Shown: positions 34,562 to 44,953 of the stretch, piece by piece
Numbering within the stretch: position 1 is the stretch's first letter
Layout: every line of letters begins with the position of its first letter
Source of the DNA: Nitrososphaerales archaeon
Lineage (GTDB): Archaea > Thermoproteota > Nitrososphaeria > Nitrososphaerales > UBA213
Assembly: GCA_965197925.1 (NCBI GenBank)
Contig: CBDAOC010000017.1
Span: 128,001-192,000, forward strand
Length of the DNA stretch: 64,000 bases
Direction: 5' to 3'
Notes under the pieces: generated by a model
What the model was told of the DNA's origin: nothing
Databases searched by the model: none
Seen by the model: only the letters and a program-made list of their open reading frames with translations
Translations under genes and position numbers: made by a program

Positions 34562-36076
34562 CTACTGAGGTGTCGTGCTTGCGGCTCTTGGAATTTCTAC
34601 TATAAATGGACAGTTAACCACGTGCTTCCCATCCATTGCCAGCTCCACTATTATGTTGTCCTTGTGTGATGTTATTCCATCCATCGTTGTTATTAGCCCT
34701 GGCTTAGCTGCATCATTCCATGTTATGAAGGAGATTCTCCACATTGGACTGTAATTTTCGTCTCCAACATCTGCAGCCCCTATACCCGGTTGGAAGCCCA
34801 TGGGTCCTGATCCTTCAACACCATTGGTAAATTGGAACAGATCCACAGCTGCTGGTGATAGCGCCAAAGCCTCAGTCTTGGGTGCATATACAACACCCAT
34901 CATATCCGCAGGGCCTTTTGGCGTAGCATCTGTCACAATGTAATAAATGGTCTGACCGTCGGAACCAAAGCCTCTATGTGCGATGAATGTAGCAAATCTA
35001 TTGTTCTGAGCAATCTGCAATATTTGTCCTCCACCATAGGGTGTGTGATCCAGAGAGGTCTTTGCAGGCTCCTTTACCATCATCTGTCCTCCAGGCCATT
35101 TGATCATAGGCAAATTAAGGACTATATTTGTCTCTGTTAGTTCAAGTGTTCCAGCTGATACACCTGCCATTATTTCTCCTACGGACATCAAAGGTGTTTG
35201 AGAAGGTGCCCCAGTCCATCTGACCTCCACAAGCTTTCTTAGCGGACTATAATCTGCAGTTTGATTAGGTGTAGAATCAAACACAGCCGTTTGACCACCC
35301 ATTATACCGGGACCAATTTCTATTGCCTTCGGGAAGATGTATACATTTGCCGTTGCTTCAACAGGAGCATCCGCCAATACAGGTGCATGCACAGCCTTGA
35401 AACCAGTCGCAGCTTCTATTCTGTCTCTAACATCCACGTCTGAAGTTTCTGTTGCAATGAAATAAACCTTCGATGAATTGTACCAACCTTGGATCATTGG
35501 GATCTTTAGAGGTACGTTAAGTCTATCGAGGTCCACCTTGCCTGCAATAACCCTTGCTCCAGGAGCGGGAGGCATCTCGGTTGGAAGTTCACCCTTTGCA
35601 GTGCCGAACGGTTCTGCAAGCTGAACTCCGCCAATGGTTGTACTTGGACTAGGATTAATATCGTCCTTGGGTTCTTCCGTTATAACTAGCATATCGTAAA
35701 TCGCTGGATTTACCATTCTTTGAGAAAAGATTAGCATATTCTTCTCATTGAATTGTCCTGTGCTCAATTTGTATCCACTCTCCGAATCAACAAGCCAGCC
35801 TTCCAGTACTTTGTCAGTCATCATCTTTGGCCCAGATAATTTGACAATGAATGTTACTCTGTTGTCGTCTTTTAGTCTTATCTTGAAGGTGCCTAGATTA
35901 TCTCCACCAAATGGTTTGTCTGCTGCAGCAGCAGTCAAATAGCCCTTGATGTAAACTGTTGCCTTCATCATAGTCGTCTTTGCTTCCATACCTGCATCAG
36001 CTTGGTATAGAGTTAATGGAGATGTCAATAGCGTAAGAGCCATAGTAGCCATAAGTAGCCCAGTTAGTTTCTTCAT
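34562..36076 (-). CDS. Secreted protein with two tandem copies of a YxIxT(D/E)...YSP(L/M) domain
   Basis: Signal peptide; repeats VYFIATETS...GPGIMGGQ...YSPLRK and IYYIVTDAT...GSGPMGFQ...YSPMWR. Confidence 0.8.
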   Translation of the reverse strand: MKKLTGLLMATMALTLLTSPLTLYQADAGMEAKTTMMKATVYIKGYLTAAAADKPFGGDNLGTFKIRLKDDNRVTFIVKLSGPKMMTDKVLEGWLVDSESGYKLSTGQFNEKNMLIFSQRMVNPAIYDMLVITEEPKDDINPSPSTTIGGVQLAEPFGTAKGELPTEMPPAPGARVIAGKVDLDRLNVPLKIPMIQGWYNSSKVYFIATETSDVDVRDRIEAATGFKAVHAPVLADAPVEATANVYIFPKAIEIGPGIMGGQTAVFDSTPNQTADYSPLRKLVEVRWTGAPSQTPLMSVGEIMAGVSAGTLELTETNIVLNLPMIKWPGGQMMVKEPAKTSLDHTPYGGGQILQIAQNNRFATFIAHRGFGSDGQTIYYIVTDATPKGPADMMGVVYAPKTEALALSPAAVDLFQFTNGVEGSGPMGFQPGIGAADVGDENYSPMWRISFITWNDAAKPGLITTMDGITSHKDNIIVELAMDGKHVVNCPFIVEIPRAASTTPQ

Positions 36077-36103
36077 TGAATTGCGGGAGATTCATGCTTT
36101 ATT

Positions 36104-36678
36104 TAACCTTAATCCCTGATTAATTATTATATGGGTAGGTTGGGCGCCAGAATTCTCGTTATATAACCTACAAAATACTCCAATTAAAGATTGGATGTAT
36201 TGAGATTACTACATGTTCGGGATTAGCATGAGCCGCGGTTATTCTCGGTATTATACTAGCTCCAACCTCAATGGATCAGTATGCAGAGGCCAAGAATAGG
36301 GACCTCAAAAGATTTTCCGTTACAGAGCAGTCTTAATTGATAACCTTAATCCCTCAATTAGCATTATCTATACAGGTAGGTTATGGCGCCAGAATTCTCG
36401 TTATATAACCTACACGATAAATACATGTTTGTTCCAGTTACTTGCAGGTGGCTAAAGAGTTGGACTGCACATGTATTCTGTCAGGTGCAATAAAATCTGA
36501 GATTACAACTGCAGAATATATTCCTAATGTTCATGATGGATTAGCATGATTGCCGCGGCAAATTCTCGGTATTATACTATCTCCAACAAATTACATCAGT
36601 TTATCAATGGATCAGTATGCAGAGGCCAAGAATAGGGACCTCAAAAGATTTTCCGTTACAGAGCAGTCTTAATTGATA
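36104..36678. repeat. Imperfect tandem duplication (about 240-bp and 340-bp units)
   Basis: Shared blocks TAACCTTAATCCCT and GGCGCCAGAATTCTCGTTATATAACCTACA; identical 75-bp tails at 36268-36342 and 36604-36678. Confidence 0.9.
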
Positions 36679-36693
36679 TAATATCAAAGCAAT

Positions 36694-37497
36694 CTAACAG
36701 GAGTTTATAGAAAAACTTGTTTTGGTCTGTGCCGAGGGAGTGCCCCTGGAAACCTCTGAGAAAACGGAAATAATTAATTCGTTGCTGGATGGGGGAGAGT
36801 TGTTCGTAGAAATTTCCAAGGAATATTCATTACTTCTATCTGGTCCAATCGATTCTAGCTCCAGTGTGGTGGGTGCGATGCTTATGCTATAGTGTGAGTT
36901 GCTCAGTGTTATTGATGCTGACAAATTGTTATAGTATACATTGGCACTCTTGTTGTGAACTTTGAATGCTAGAACAGTACTATCGGTGATACAAAGTGAA
37001 TTTTTACCCATAATTAGATTCACGGCTCCCCTCCCTACATCACCAAAACCGCGTGGCAACTCAAGTTGCCTACCCCAACCCAAATCAGTTATCTCTACAT
37101 CAGGTAGTATTGTATAGTCTACTGTTTTAGAGGAAGTTTCTCTATTTACAAACCCACTGGAATATTTGAGACGAACTTTGGTTTGATACACCCCGTCATC
37201 AATATCTGGAGCAGGGTGGGTGATTTTTAATGATGCCGAATCTCCTTCACTCAATATGAATAACGAATTACTACTTGTTGGAATATCGTCAAATTCAGTT
37301 TCCGCACTGATGTTCCAAACTGTGGATCCTTGATTAACGACTTTTATGTTTATGATTATATCCTCTCCAGGTTTCGCCGGAAGAGCATGCGCCGAAAATT
37401 GTAAATTGGAAGTTGAGAAACCAAGCGGAAATACTACAAAGGCAATTACCAGTATTGGTATCGGAACAATAATTGCCAACTTCTTTTTCTTACTCAC
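36694..37497 (-). CDS. Membrane-anchored hypothetical protein with CARDB/Ig-like domains
   Basis: Basic N-terminus plus TM helix; PGEDIIINIKVVNQGS beta-sandwich pattern. Confidence 0.65.
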   Translation of the reverse strand: MSKKKKLAIIVPIPILVIAFVVFPLGFSTSNLQFSAHALPAKPGEDIIINIKVVNQGSTVWNISAETEFDDIPTSSNSLFILSEGDSASLKITHPAPDIDDGVYQTKVRLKYSSGFVNRETSSKTVDYTILPDVEITDLGWGRQLELPRGFGDVGRGAVNLIMGKNSLCITDSTVLAFKVHNKSANVYYNNLSASITLSNSHYSISIAPTTLELESIGPDRSNEYSLEISTNNSPPSSNELIISVFSEVSRGTPSAQTKTSFSINSC

Positions 37498-37777
37498 AAG
37501 TAGACAATAAAAGAACTACCTCCTTATAGATATAGTCTTAGAATAGCGTAACAAGTAATATAACAATATCAAGTATCGACTATTGGTCAGAGTTTCTGAG
37601 TGTATAAATCCATTATAGTTACATTTGAAAGAACCTACCAGAATACTCTGTAATTGTTTATCCTGATTCAAGAATAATTTAGATGAACTCATTGATTGTT
37701 TGAAATACTCACCCTTGACGGTTCAGGAATTAATTTAACTATTTTAGGTAAACCTTATGATTTGCCAAGCGTAACAA

Positions 37778-37924
37778 TGGTTGTGGTGTTTATTACAACA
37801 ACCACATATTGGAGGCGGGATGATGCATTACCTGCAGCATCTTCTCCAATTAGATCTGAGGCAGACCCATAGTCCATGCTGTCGGCTTTAGTGGAGAGTG
37901 ATTATACCCTCTCCACTTGAGCCC
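37778..37924. ncRNA. Candidate structured RNA (three consecutive hairpins)
   Basis: Stems TGGTTGT/ACAACCA; ATTGGAG/CTCCAAT with inner GATG/CATC and TGCA/TGCA; GGCT..AGTGGAGAG/CTCTCCACT..AGCC; GC-richer than flanks, no ORF. Confidence 0.3.
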
Positions 37925-38076
37925 AAATTGAATCTACTAAGAATTAGTTCGAACATACAACTACAAATATCATATTTATTATCAATCTTCGATAATGAAC
38001 TTGTTTCTTTAACGATCTAATATTCCCCCAAACCATTTCACATAAAGAATAAGAATTTCGAAAACAAATCAATCAT

Positions 38077-38292
38077 ATGCAAAAAATAGATACTACAAAG
38101 ATCACTATGTTCACATTGCTAATGTTGGGAACTATCGCTGTAGCGGCACTGGGCTTCCAGGCAAATGCCTTCGCAACACATTCGGACATGTACTTTTATG
38201 ACGAAGTGTTCATCGGGAATTTGCCCTCCCACGTGGACGAAAGCGTTGTAAACGATTACTCAGATCCCTACCCTTATCCAGCATGTATGTGA
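38077..38292 (+). CDS. Short secreted hypothetical protein
   Basis: Signal peptide ending AFA; poly-T tract at ~38342 downstream. Confidence 0.55.
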   Translation: MQKIDTTKITMFTLLMLGTIAVAALGFQANAFATHSDMYFYDEVFIGNLPSHVDESVVNDYSDPYPYPACM

Positions 38293-38519
38293 GCAAGTGG
38301 ATATGTCTCATGTTGAAGAAGCCTCATGAGAATTCTATCCCTTTTTTTTTTTACCATTCCCATCAATATTATTTTCAGATTAGATTCTTCACCTAATAAT
38401 AATTTGTACGCCGATCACTGACAGTCTGAATCGATATTTTTAAAAGATGATATACATTCCTATAATGATCCAATAAGTGATATTTTATCTTAGTGAATAT
38501 TCAATTCCACCCCAAGTGC

Positions 38520-38585
38520 TAGACCATATCTTAGACCATATCTTAGACCATATCTTAGACCATATCTTAGACCATATCTTAGACC
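38520..38585. repeat. Tandem repeat (TAGACCATATCT)x5.5
   Basis: Perfect 12-mers with no spacers. Confidence 0.92.
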
Positions 38586-38705
38586 TTAGATATCTTCTGT
38601 TACCAATATTGAGTAACACCAAACAATAATACGAATATTTTTTTAACAGTTTGATACTTGTAAATAATCAGACTAGAATTGGTTAGACTGAAAGAAGAAT
38701 TAATT

Positions 38706-39778
38706 GAGGCTTGGGCGTAATTTAGTTCGAAACGATAAGATCAGGTTCCATTTTTCATTGTTGATATGTTTAGCTCAGACTCGATACTTCTTCGTATATT
38801 ATTTTTGATTGACGTGATTCCTTGGTCAAAACCTAATAGGAAAAGGGGTAGACCATTCTACTATTCTCCTACAGTTATGGTGAGATGCTTCATCGTTAGA
38901 GTATGGATAAGAATACCAATGGTAACAATCGTTAGAGTATGCATAAGAATACCAGGCAACAATGCTTTGTTCTTTTTGATAGACATGCCATACAACAGGA
39001 AGGTAATGAAGGCATGTGGTCTTGATAGGTTGCCAGACAGAAGAACATTCGACAGAAGGTCAAGGCCGTATCAATTGACATAAGATCAAGGATAGATGTT
39101 ATGGGTATGCTCTTCATAAAAGATGGGTTGGTAGACCCAGCCATAGTATCCGTTGACAGTTCATTGTTGAAAGCAAAGGGACATGTATAGCATAGATCAA
39201 ACATGAAGAAGAATGAAGTGCCACGCTCCGGTATAGATACAGATGCTCGATGGGGCTACAGCAGAACCAAGGAATGGATATTAGGATACAAACTGCATCT
39301 AGCGTGTAGCACAGGTTCATTGATAGTTCCATTATCAGCTGATTTCACAACAGCTAACATTACTGATAACAAGATGTATGAAAGCATAACATCTTCATTG
39401 CCTACAGGAATGGTAAGGTATGTTGTAGGAGATGAAGGATATGATGATCACAAGTTATGTGATTTCAGCAGGTATAGAGGGCATCTACTGGTACCCATTG
39501 GAAAGGTACAAGCATACTACAGATAATAATAGACTGGCATTGCTGCAGTTCTATAACTCTGAATTTGGGCAGCATGTATATTCTCGGAGGAGCATAAGCG
39601 TTGAGCCATTGATAGAGCATATGAAGGATGTATTTACCATAGATCCATTGCCAGTTAGAGGATTTGATAAGGTAAAGAGTATAGTGTTGTTATCAGTATT
39701 GTTGTATCAGGTAATGGTTTACTACAATCATCTAACAGGAAGACCATTAAGGGCATTGAAGCACATGTTGGGAAGTTA
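38706..39778 (+). mobile_element. IS family B, copy 3 (defective, right end lost)
   Basis: Left TIR GAGGCTTGGGCGTAATT; internal ~36-bp duplication, TAG at 39188 and frameshifts; ends at the IS5 insertion in its stop-codon region. Confidence 0.9.
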
Positions 39779-40825
39779 GAGCCTATCCTAAAATTCTAGC
39801 TGATAGTTAATGATTGGTAGAAATGATAACATTTAGAATGCAAGAATATTAGTTCATACTGTCAGGTTTAGTTTTCTTACTATTGATTTTATTAGTATTG
39901 TAGATAGTAGATACTAGAAACAGTTGCATTAACGTGTTTATGACACTACCAATATATCGCTCTATACACTATTAGGCAGTTAGCAAATTCTACTAGCGCC
40001 TGATAATTTTCCTCTCTCTTCTCGAACCTTACCAATAACTTTCTGAACCTGTTATGCCAAGATGCGGTTCTTTCTACAACCCATCTCTTTGCTTTGTACA
40101 AATTCTTTTTCAACACTTCACCCTTATGACGAATGTGATCCACATATCCCCTTCCTAACTCCATACTCTATCTCAGGGAAATCATATCATATCCTATTCA
40201 TGCATATGTTCTGTTTAACTTTGGGCCTATCAACAACAATGCTATCTATTGTAGGAAAGGCTGATTTCATATCGTGTTTATTTGCTCCAGTAATTACAGA
40301 TGAGAGAGGTACTCCTCTTCTATCAACCAGCATGTGACGTTTGGTACCTAGCTTGCCTCTATCCGTTGGATTTGCTCCGGTTGTTTTCCCCCTAATGGGG
40401 CCTTCGGTACGCTATCCATGGATTGCCAGTCCCATCCCATGCTCTTCAATTCATCATATATTTCCAGCAGCCTCTTCCATACCTTCTTGAATACTCCTAT
40501 CCCAATCCATTCCTGAAATCTTGCATGGCAAGTTGAACCAGAACCAAATTCTTTAGATACCTTCTTCCACTGGCATCCAGTTCTTAATACGTACAGTATT
40601 CCATTCAACACTTTTCTAAATGGTACAGCTGGTCTTCCAACTGTTCTTGCTGGTTTCTCTGGTGGCAACACTAGTTTGAACTCTACCCATAGATTGTCTG
40701 GTATATGCCATATGGTCGGCATGCTCTTTTTCTTTGATTTTCTCACAAATTTAGCTAGAGAGGACAGATCTAGATCTGTTTCGGTATAAACAATTAGGCT
40801 ATGATGTTAATTTTAGGATAAGCCC
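39779..40825 (-). mobile_element. IS5-family element, copy 3
   Basis: TIRs GAGCCTATCCTAAAATT / AATTTTAGGATAAGCCC; TTA on both flanks; ORFs 40348-40746 and 39946-40164. Confidence 0.95.
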
Positions 40826-40860
40826 TTAAATAGATTCTCTGATTAGAAAGTACAGAACAA

Positions 40861-40992
40861 ATGAACAAATTAGGAATAATGGCACTTATCATATCATCAA
40901 TAGCTCTTGCTGAAGCCACTTATCTTTTTATTAGATATTGCCAATTCATAGATGTTTTTAGACAGGCATTTGGTGGTAGTGGTTGCTTCTAG
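40861..40992 (+). CDS. 43-aa single-TM microprotein
   Basis: MNKLGIMALIISSIALAEATYLFIRYCQFIDVFRQAFGGSGCF; below the ORF-track cutoff. Confidence 0.35.
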   Translation: MNKLGIMALIISSIALAEATYLFIRYCQFIDVFRQAFGGSGCF

Positions 40993-41572
40993 TTAGCGGA
41001 TCAATTTCTATTATACACCGTTAATGTTGAGCACCAAGAACTGACGGTGTTCGGTGGTGAGCCATTAACTGTAGTAACAACATTACCGTAAAATTTAGAA
41101 TTTTGAACCATTACGCTTTTTCGCGGTACCTATGGGTAGTAAAACACGTAGGTTAGCTGTTTATATGATATCACTTGTATCACTAGGTAAGATGGTGGTT
41201 ATGTCCTTTATAGATAAAAACAATAAACAATGGGTTACCCATTAGGAATTTTTCAATTATTGGGTTTGAAGGGACAGAAAAGAAGTTCAATAATCAGGTT
41301 GTAATAAAGAGACAATAATAATGGTCAGCTAGACGGTATTTCATTCGGATTAATGGTGTCCGGAACAATTGAAGAAAGTGATGAAATAGCCAGCAGAGTA
41401 ATAACATCTTTTAGATTGATACAGGAAGGTGTCATAGGTTATAATACAATCGTTATGGAATGAATTAAGTGTTATAGTTTGAGGGATACATATGAGACAT
41501 CATAATTACGGTACCACATCCGTATGCTTAAATAACTATTAGTGTGACTATGGAGAGAGGCGAAAGAATACC

Positions 41573-41893
41573 TTGAGTACGGCATACATTGAAGATAGTA
41601 CGGCAGGTCCTAGTGATGTACAGAGAAGAGAAGTACGGGCTTCAAGCTATTCACCTAGCGCCATTTGGATAGGCAATGCAAGTTCCAGTTATAAAGTACG
41701 TCAGCAACTATTGCATGTTGCCATTGACGGTGACGAAAAGAGTGGATATGCAATTCAATGCGTAGAATATCCCGCAGCACTAAGTCAGGGTAAGACAAAA
41801 GAGGAAGCCAAGAAGAACGTCCTTGAAGCAATCTCCTTAGTCCTAGAGGAAGAAGGCAAACCTATAGAGGACATTATAATTATTGAATCTTAA
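41573..41893 (+). CDS. HicB-family antitoxin with N-terminal extension
   Basis: GYAIQCVEYPAALSQGKTKEEAKKNVLEAISLVLE HicB core. Confidence 0.85.
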   Translation: MSTAYIEDSTAGPSDVQRREVRASSYSPSAIWIGNASSSYKVRQQLLHVAIDGDEKSGYAIQCVEYPAALSQGKTKEEAKKNVLEAISLVLEEEGKPIEDIIIIES

Positions 41894-42069
41894 TGTCTCT
41901 TCCTGTGTTATCGGGAAAGGAATTAATCAAGATACTAAGCAAAGTTGGATTTGAAGTACCACGAATCTATGGCGATCACGCATTCTTGAAACATACAGAT
42001 GGAAGGCGTACTACAGTTCCACTATATAATGAAATAAGCCATTGCTTTCCAAGATTATTGGGCAGATAG
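41893..42069 (+). pseudogene. HicA-family toxin with C-terminal frameshift
   Basis: TAATG overlap with hicB; MSLPVLSGKELIKILSKVGF...GDHAFLKHTDGRRTTVP; expected tail LLSKIIGQIGLDRNEL lies in another frame. Confidence 0.8.
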
Positions 42070-42160
42070 GGTTGGATAGAAACGAATTATCAAATTGTAT
42101 CATGAGCATGGGTGATTTGATTGGTAGTTCAATCTAGACGTTTTATCGATTGGAAATTGA

Positions 42161-42583
42161 GTGAGCAGGGAAGATTGGAGTAAATATTTGCTACATGACG
42201 GCACTAGGCTCTTTGTGCGTATGGCCGTTCGAAAAATACTCCGCACGCCTGAGCTTGGTGATACCGGTTATCCTGACGTAACCATGGAATCAACCAATAT
42301 CGTAACTGCGTACGTTCCCGATTGGCTGAAACGTCAACCATCTATCCCACCTTATGATCCCAGGGTTGACAAAGGTGAAGAAATACGCTTTGAAGCCCAA
42401 GAGGAAAAATGGTAAGAGTATCAAACCCCTGATGGATTTCGGATATTTGTCAAGCCTGTGGTTGTCAAAGTTGTCAAGGTTGTCAAGTTTGACAAGTATT
42501 ATTCGTATGGGGAACCAGTATATGCTGCTACTACACAAGGAATTACCAATATGGAAAAAATCAAGGCAGAATCCGGTAAATAA
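42161..42583 (+). pseudogene. Protein of two tandem small beta-domains, split by an in-frame TAA
   Basis: EDWSKYLLHDGTRLFVR...GYPDV and EKW*EYQTPDGFRIFVK...GEPVY; TAA at 42413-42415. Confidence 0.6.
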
Positions 42584-42888
42584 TAGATGAATGCTAGAAA
42601 AATCTCGGGTTGCAAATTCCACTTTTTGTTCTATTCATGCGTTTTTCCAAATGTAGTAATTTAAGGATGGCTTGTTAAAAGTCAGTGAGACAAAAGCCTC
42701 ACCCTGTAATTGCCCTGGATAATTCAAACTAGCATCAAATGACGTAATTTTAACTTCCTACCGATAGTCAGAGAAACCAACTCTTCGATAAGGGAGATCA
42801 ATTCGCAATGACACTGGTGGCCGGGATTTGGCCAAGGGAGCCTCAAGTCGAACCCATTCACTTCAACTAATGCTTCGGTCCAAATCTC

Positions 42889-44007
42889 CTAGTCTTCTTG
42901 AAAGCCCGCATAGGATTCCTTTTTATATTCACAACTTTCTGCTATTTTCTCGATAAACTCTGGTTTCATATAATGAATGTTGTCACCAACCTGTTCTATC
43001 TCTTTCTTTAATTTAGAATAGGCAATGAACTTGCATATCTTTCGTAAAGGAGGATTTAGCCTGGCAAAAGTAGGTCTATTGATTTCTGTAGAAACTTTAT
43101 CTTGTCGTTCATCAGGTGCTATAATGTAAAGATCAATTTTGATGTTGGGTACCATACTTACCAAATCGGCCATCCTTAACAGTCCTGAGTAGATCGCAGT
43201 GCTATGCTCAACCTCGAAGGCAGATAGTATCACATTATCTTTCAACCATAACACATCAATCAATTCTATGATTCTATTGGTTACCTCATCAAACTGTCTA
43301 GGTAACTTCTCTCTTAAATTAGGAATATCTTGGAAACTCTTACCATTAACTTCACGATTTCTATCGTTTCTTGCTACATAAACATCAAGACCAAGATCAG
43401 AACCCAGCTTTAGCAGCAACCACTGAATTTCCTCATGCGATGTCCCTTTTTCCACTTCAGTTACTGGTTCTTGCTCCTTTTCTTCATCTGGGACAGTAAC
43501 AGGTCCAACCTTTGACTCATATACTCGTGGACGTCGCCAGTATTTCCTTTGATCATAATCTCGTTCTACAGGATTCTCTTTTGCGTTCTTTATTGCTTCA
43601 ACTATTATCTTACCATCTTGAGTATTAAACTCAGTAGGCGAACCTCTAAGGGGACCTGTCCAAGACCTTTTTGATTTCATATTATGAAACACAGAGAGTT
43701 TATCCTTCAACTCTTGAATCGGCACGGCTGTCTTTGCGTCAAGGGTATAAATTGTCCTAACTTTAAAACGGCAGGGAAAGGCTTCGTCAGCCCAAATAGG
43801 CGTCTTGTCAAAATAGCACTTTGACTTTACCTCTAAGATACCTATTAGTCTTGAGAGTCCAGTCAAGTAACATATCAGGTAATCTCCGGCATTGATCTTT
43901 TGTGCCACCTTTCTCCTTGTTTCTCGAAAGCCGGTAACATTAGCACCGTTCTTAAGAAATTCTTCCCATGTCTTACCCGTGAATAAATCTAACCAGTATT
44001 TAGTCAT
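42889..44007 (-). CDS. EVE-domain + PD-(D/E)XK nuclease (putative modification-dependent restriction enzyme)
   Basis: KYWL...GDYLICYL...IGILEV EVE/PUA pattern; C-terminal HEEIQ...IDVLW...FEVEHST..YSGLLR nuclease motif. Confidence 0.85.
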   Translation of the reverse strand: MTKYWLDLFTGKTWEEFLKNGANVTGFRETRRKVAQKINAGDYLICYLTGLSRLIGILEVKSKCYFDKTPIWADEAFPCRFKVRTIYTLDAKTAVPIQELKDKLSVFHNMKSKRSWTGPLRGSPTEFNTQDGKIIVEAIKNAKENPVERDYDQRKYWRRPRVYESKVGPVTVPDEEKEQEPVTEVEKGTSHEEIQWLLLKLGSDLGLDVYVARNDRNREVNGKSFQDIPNLREKLPRQFDEVTNRIIELIDVLWLKDNVILSAFEVEHSTAIYSGLLRMADLVSMVPNIKIDLYIIAPDERQDKVSTEINRPTFARLNPPLRKICKFIAYSKLKKEIEQVGDNIHYMKPEFIEKIAESCEYKKESYAGFQED

Positions 44008-44761
44008 CCAGGCATCTATGTCACACCTGCCGAGTCCACCTTTAAAGTTTAACGCATGCGATCAGTGCAATACAAAGAAACTATCAGCGAATCAAACCCC
44101 CATATGTTAATATTATGTGGTCAAAAATCAACCTTCCTGATTTTGAATATTTAAAATGGGTTCTACTTGTTTAACGTATTTGATCTGTTTCTGATATGAG
44201 TTTTCAAGATCCCAAAACCGTCTAGGTTCTTTTCCGCCAATCACGTTTCTCCATATCCCATTCAATATGTGTTCGAAGGTATTGCAATTGATCTTTAGAC
44301 ATTCTCTATGAGTGCCTTTCCGCCAATCAGTGGTCTCTCATTCCCAAATCTAGGATAGGTTTTGAGGATACAAGGCAGGGGTTTTACATTTGAACTTGAA
44401 ACATAACTCGCATTTTGAAACGTTGTCTATTGGACTAGGTCCACATATACTGATCTTATTACACATGGTACACTTTGTAATCTTCTCATCTTAGCTCTTG
44501 TCTTTGTTACCCCTAATATATTTTGATAATTGCTTCCGCCTTTGGCTTGGCAGTCTTTGCTGTGATTCCTGCCTTTGTCAAACAGCCCTGCCCTTCCATC
44601 AATCATGCGAAAAGTCTACATAAGATGCACAGGCCCTGGCCAGCCCGGCGATCTAACCATTATCGTCATGTCCAGATCATCAGAATTGACCAGGGCCGAA
44701 AACACGAAACGGGGGAAGGGATCCAGACGGCATAAGACATGACTTTCAAGCAACAAAGACC

Positions 44762-44953
44762 ATGAGTACAGAAAAGGTTTGGAGGAATGTGTTGGCATGG
44801 CTTGTGAGGATGGGCATTACCTGCAGGCTGCGGGGGTCTTCCATACAATACAAACGGATGCTTCCAAGCGGAAATGGGATTATATACCGCAATGTAGATG
44901 GTTGTCGCATGATAGGTTATTTCAGGCCTGGTGGTAGTGGTCGCAAGGCGTGA
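44762..44953 (+). CDS. Small hypothetical ORF translationally coupled to the Type ISP gene
   Basis: Stop overlaps the next start (GTGATG). Confidence 0.35.
   Translation: MSTEKVWRNVLAWLVRMGITCRLRGSSIQYKRMLPSGNGIIYRNVDGCRMIGYFRPGGSGRKA

Noticed and set aside
37818..37860. Box C/D sRNA (ATGATGC...CTGA)
   Set aside because: Imperfect C box, span too short, and no clear D'/C' boxes
38520..38585. CRISPR array
   Set aside because: 12-bp head-to-tail repeats with no spacers, and no cas genes in the window
42813..42856. tRNA 3'-end/att-like sequence TGGTGGCCGGGATTTG
   Set aside because: The T-loop and stem do not complete, and there is no partner repeat or integrase in the window
44230..44330. 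Direct repeat TTTCCGCCAATCA x2
   Set aside because: Only two copies within what looks like decayed coding sequence; no array or mobile-element context
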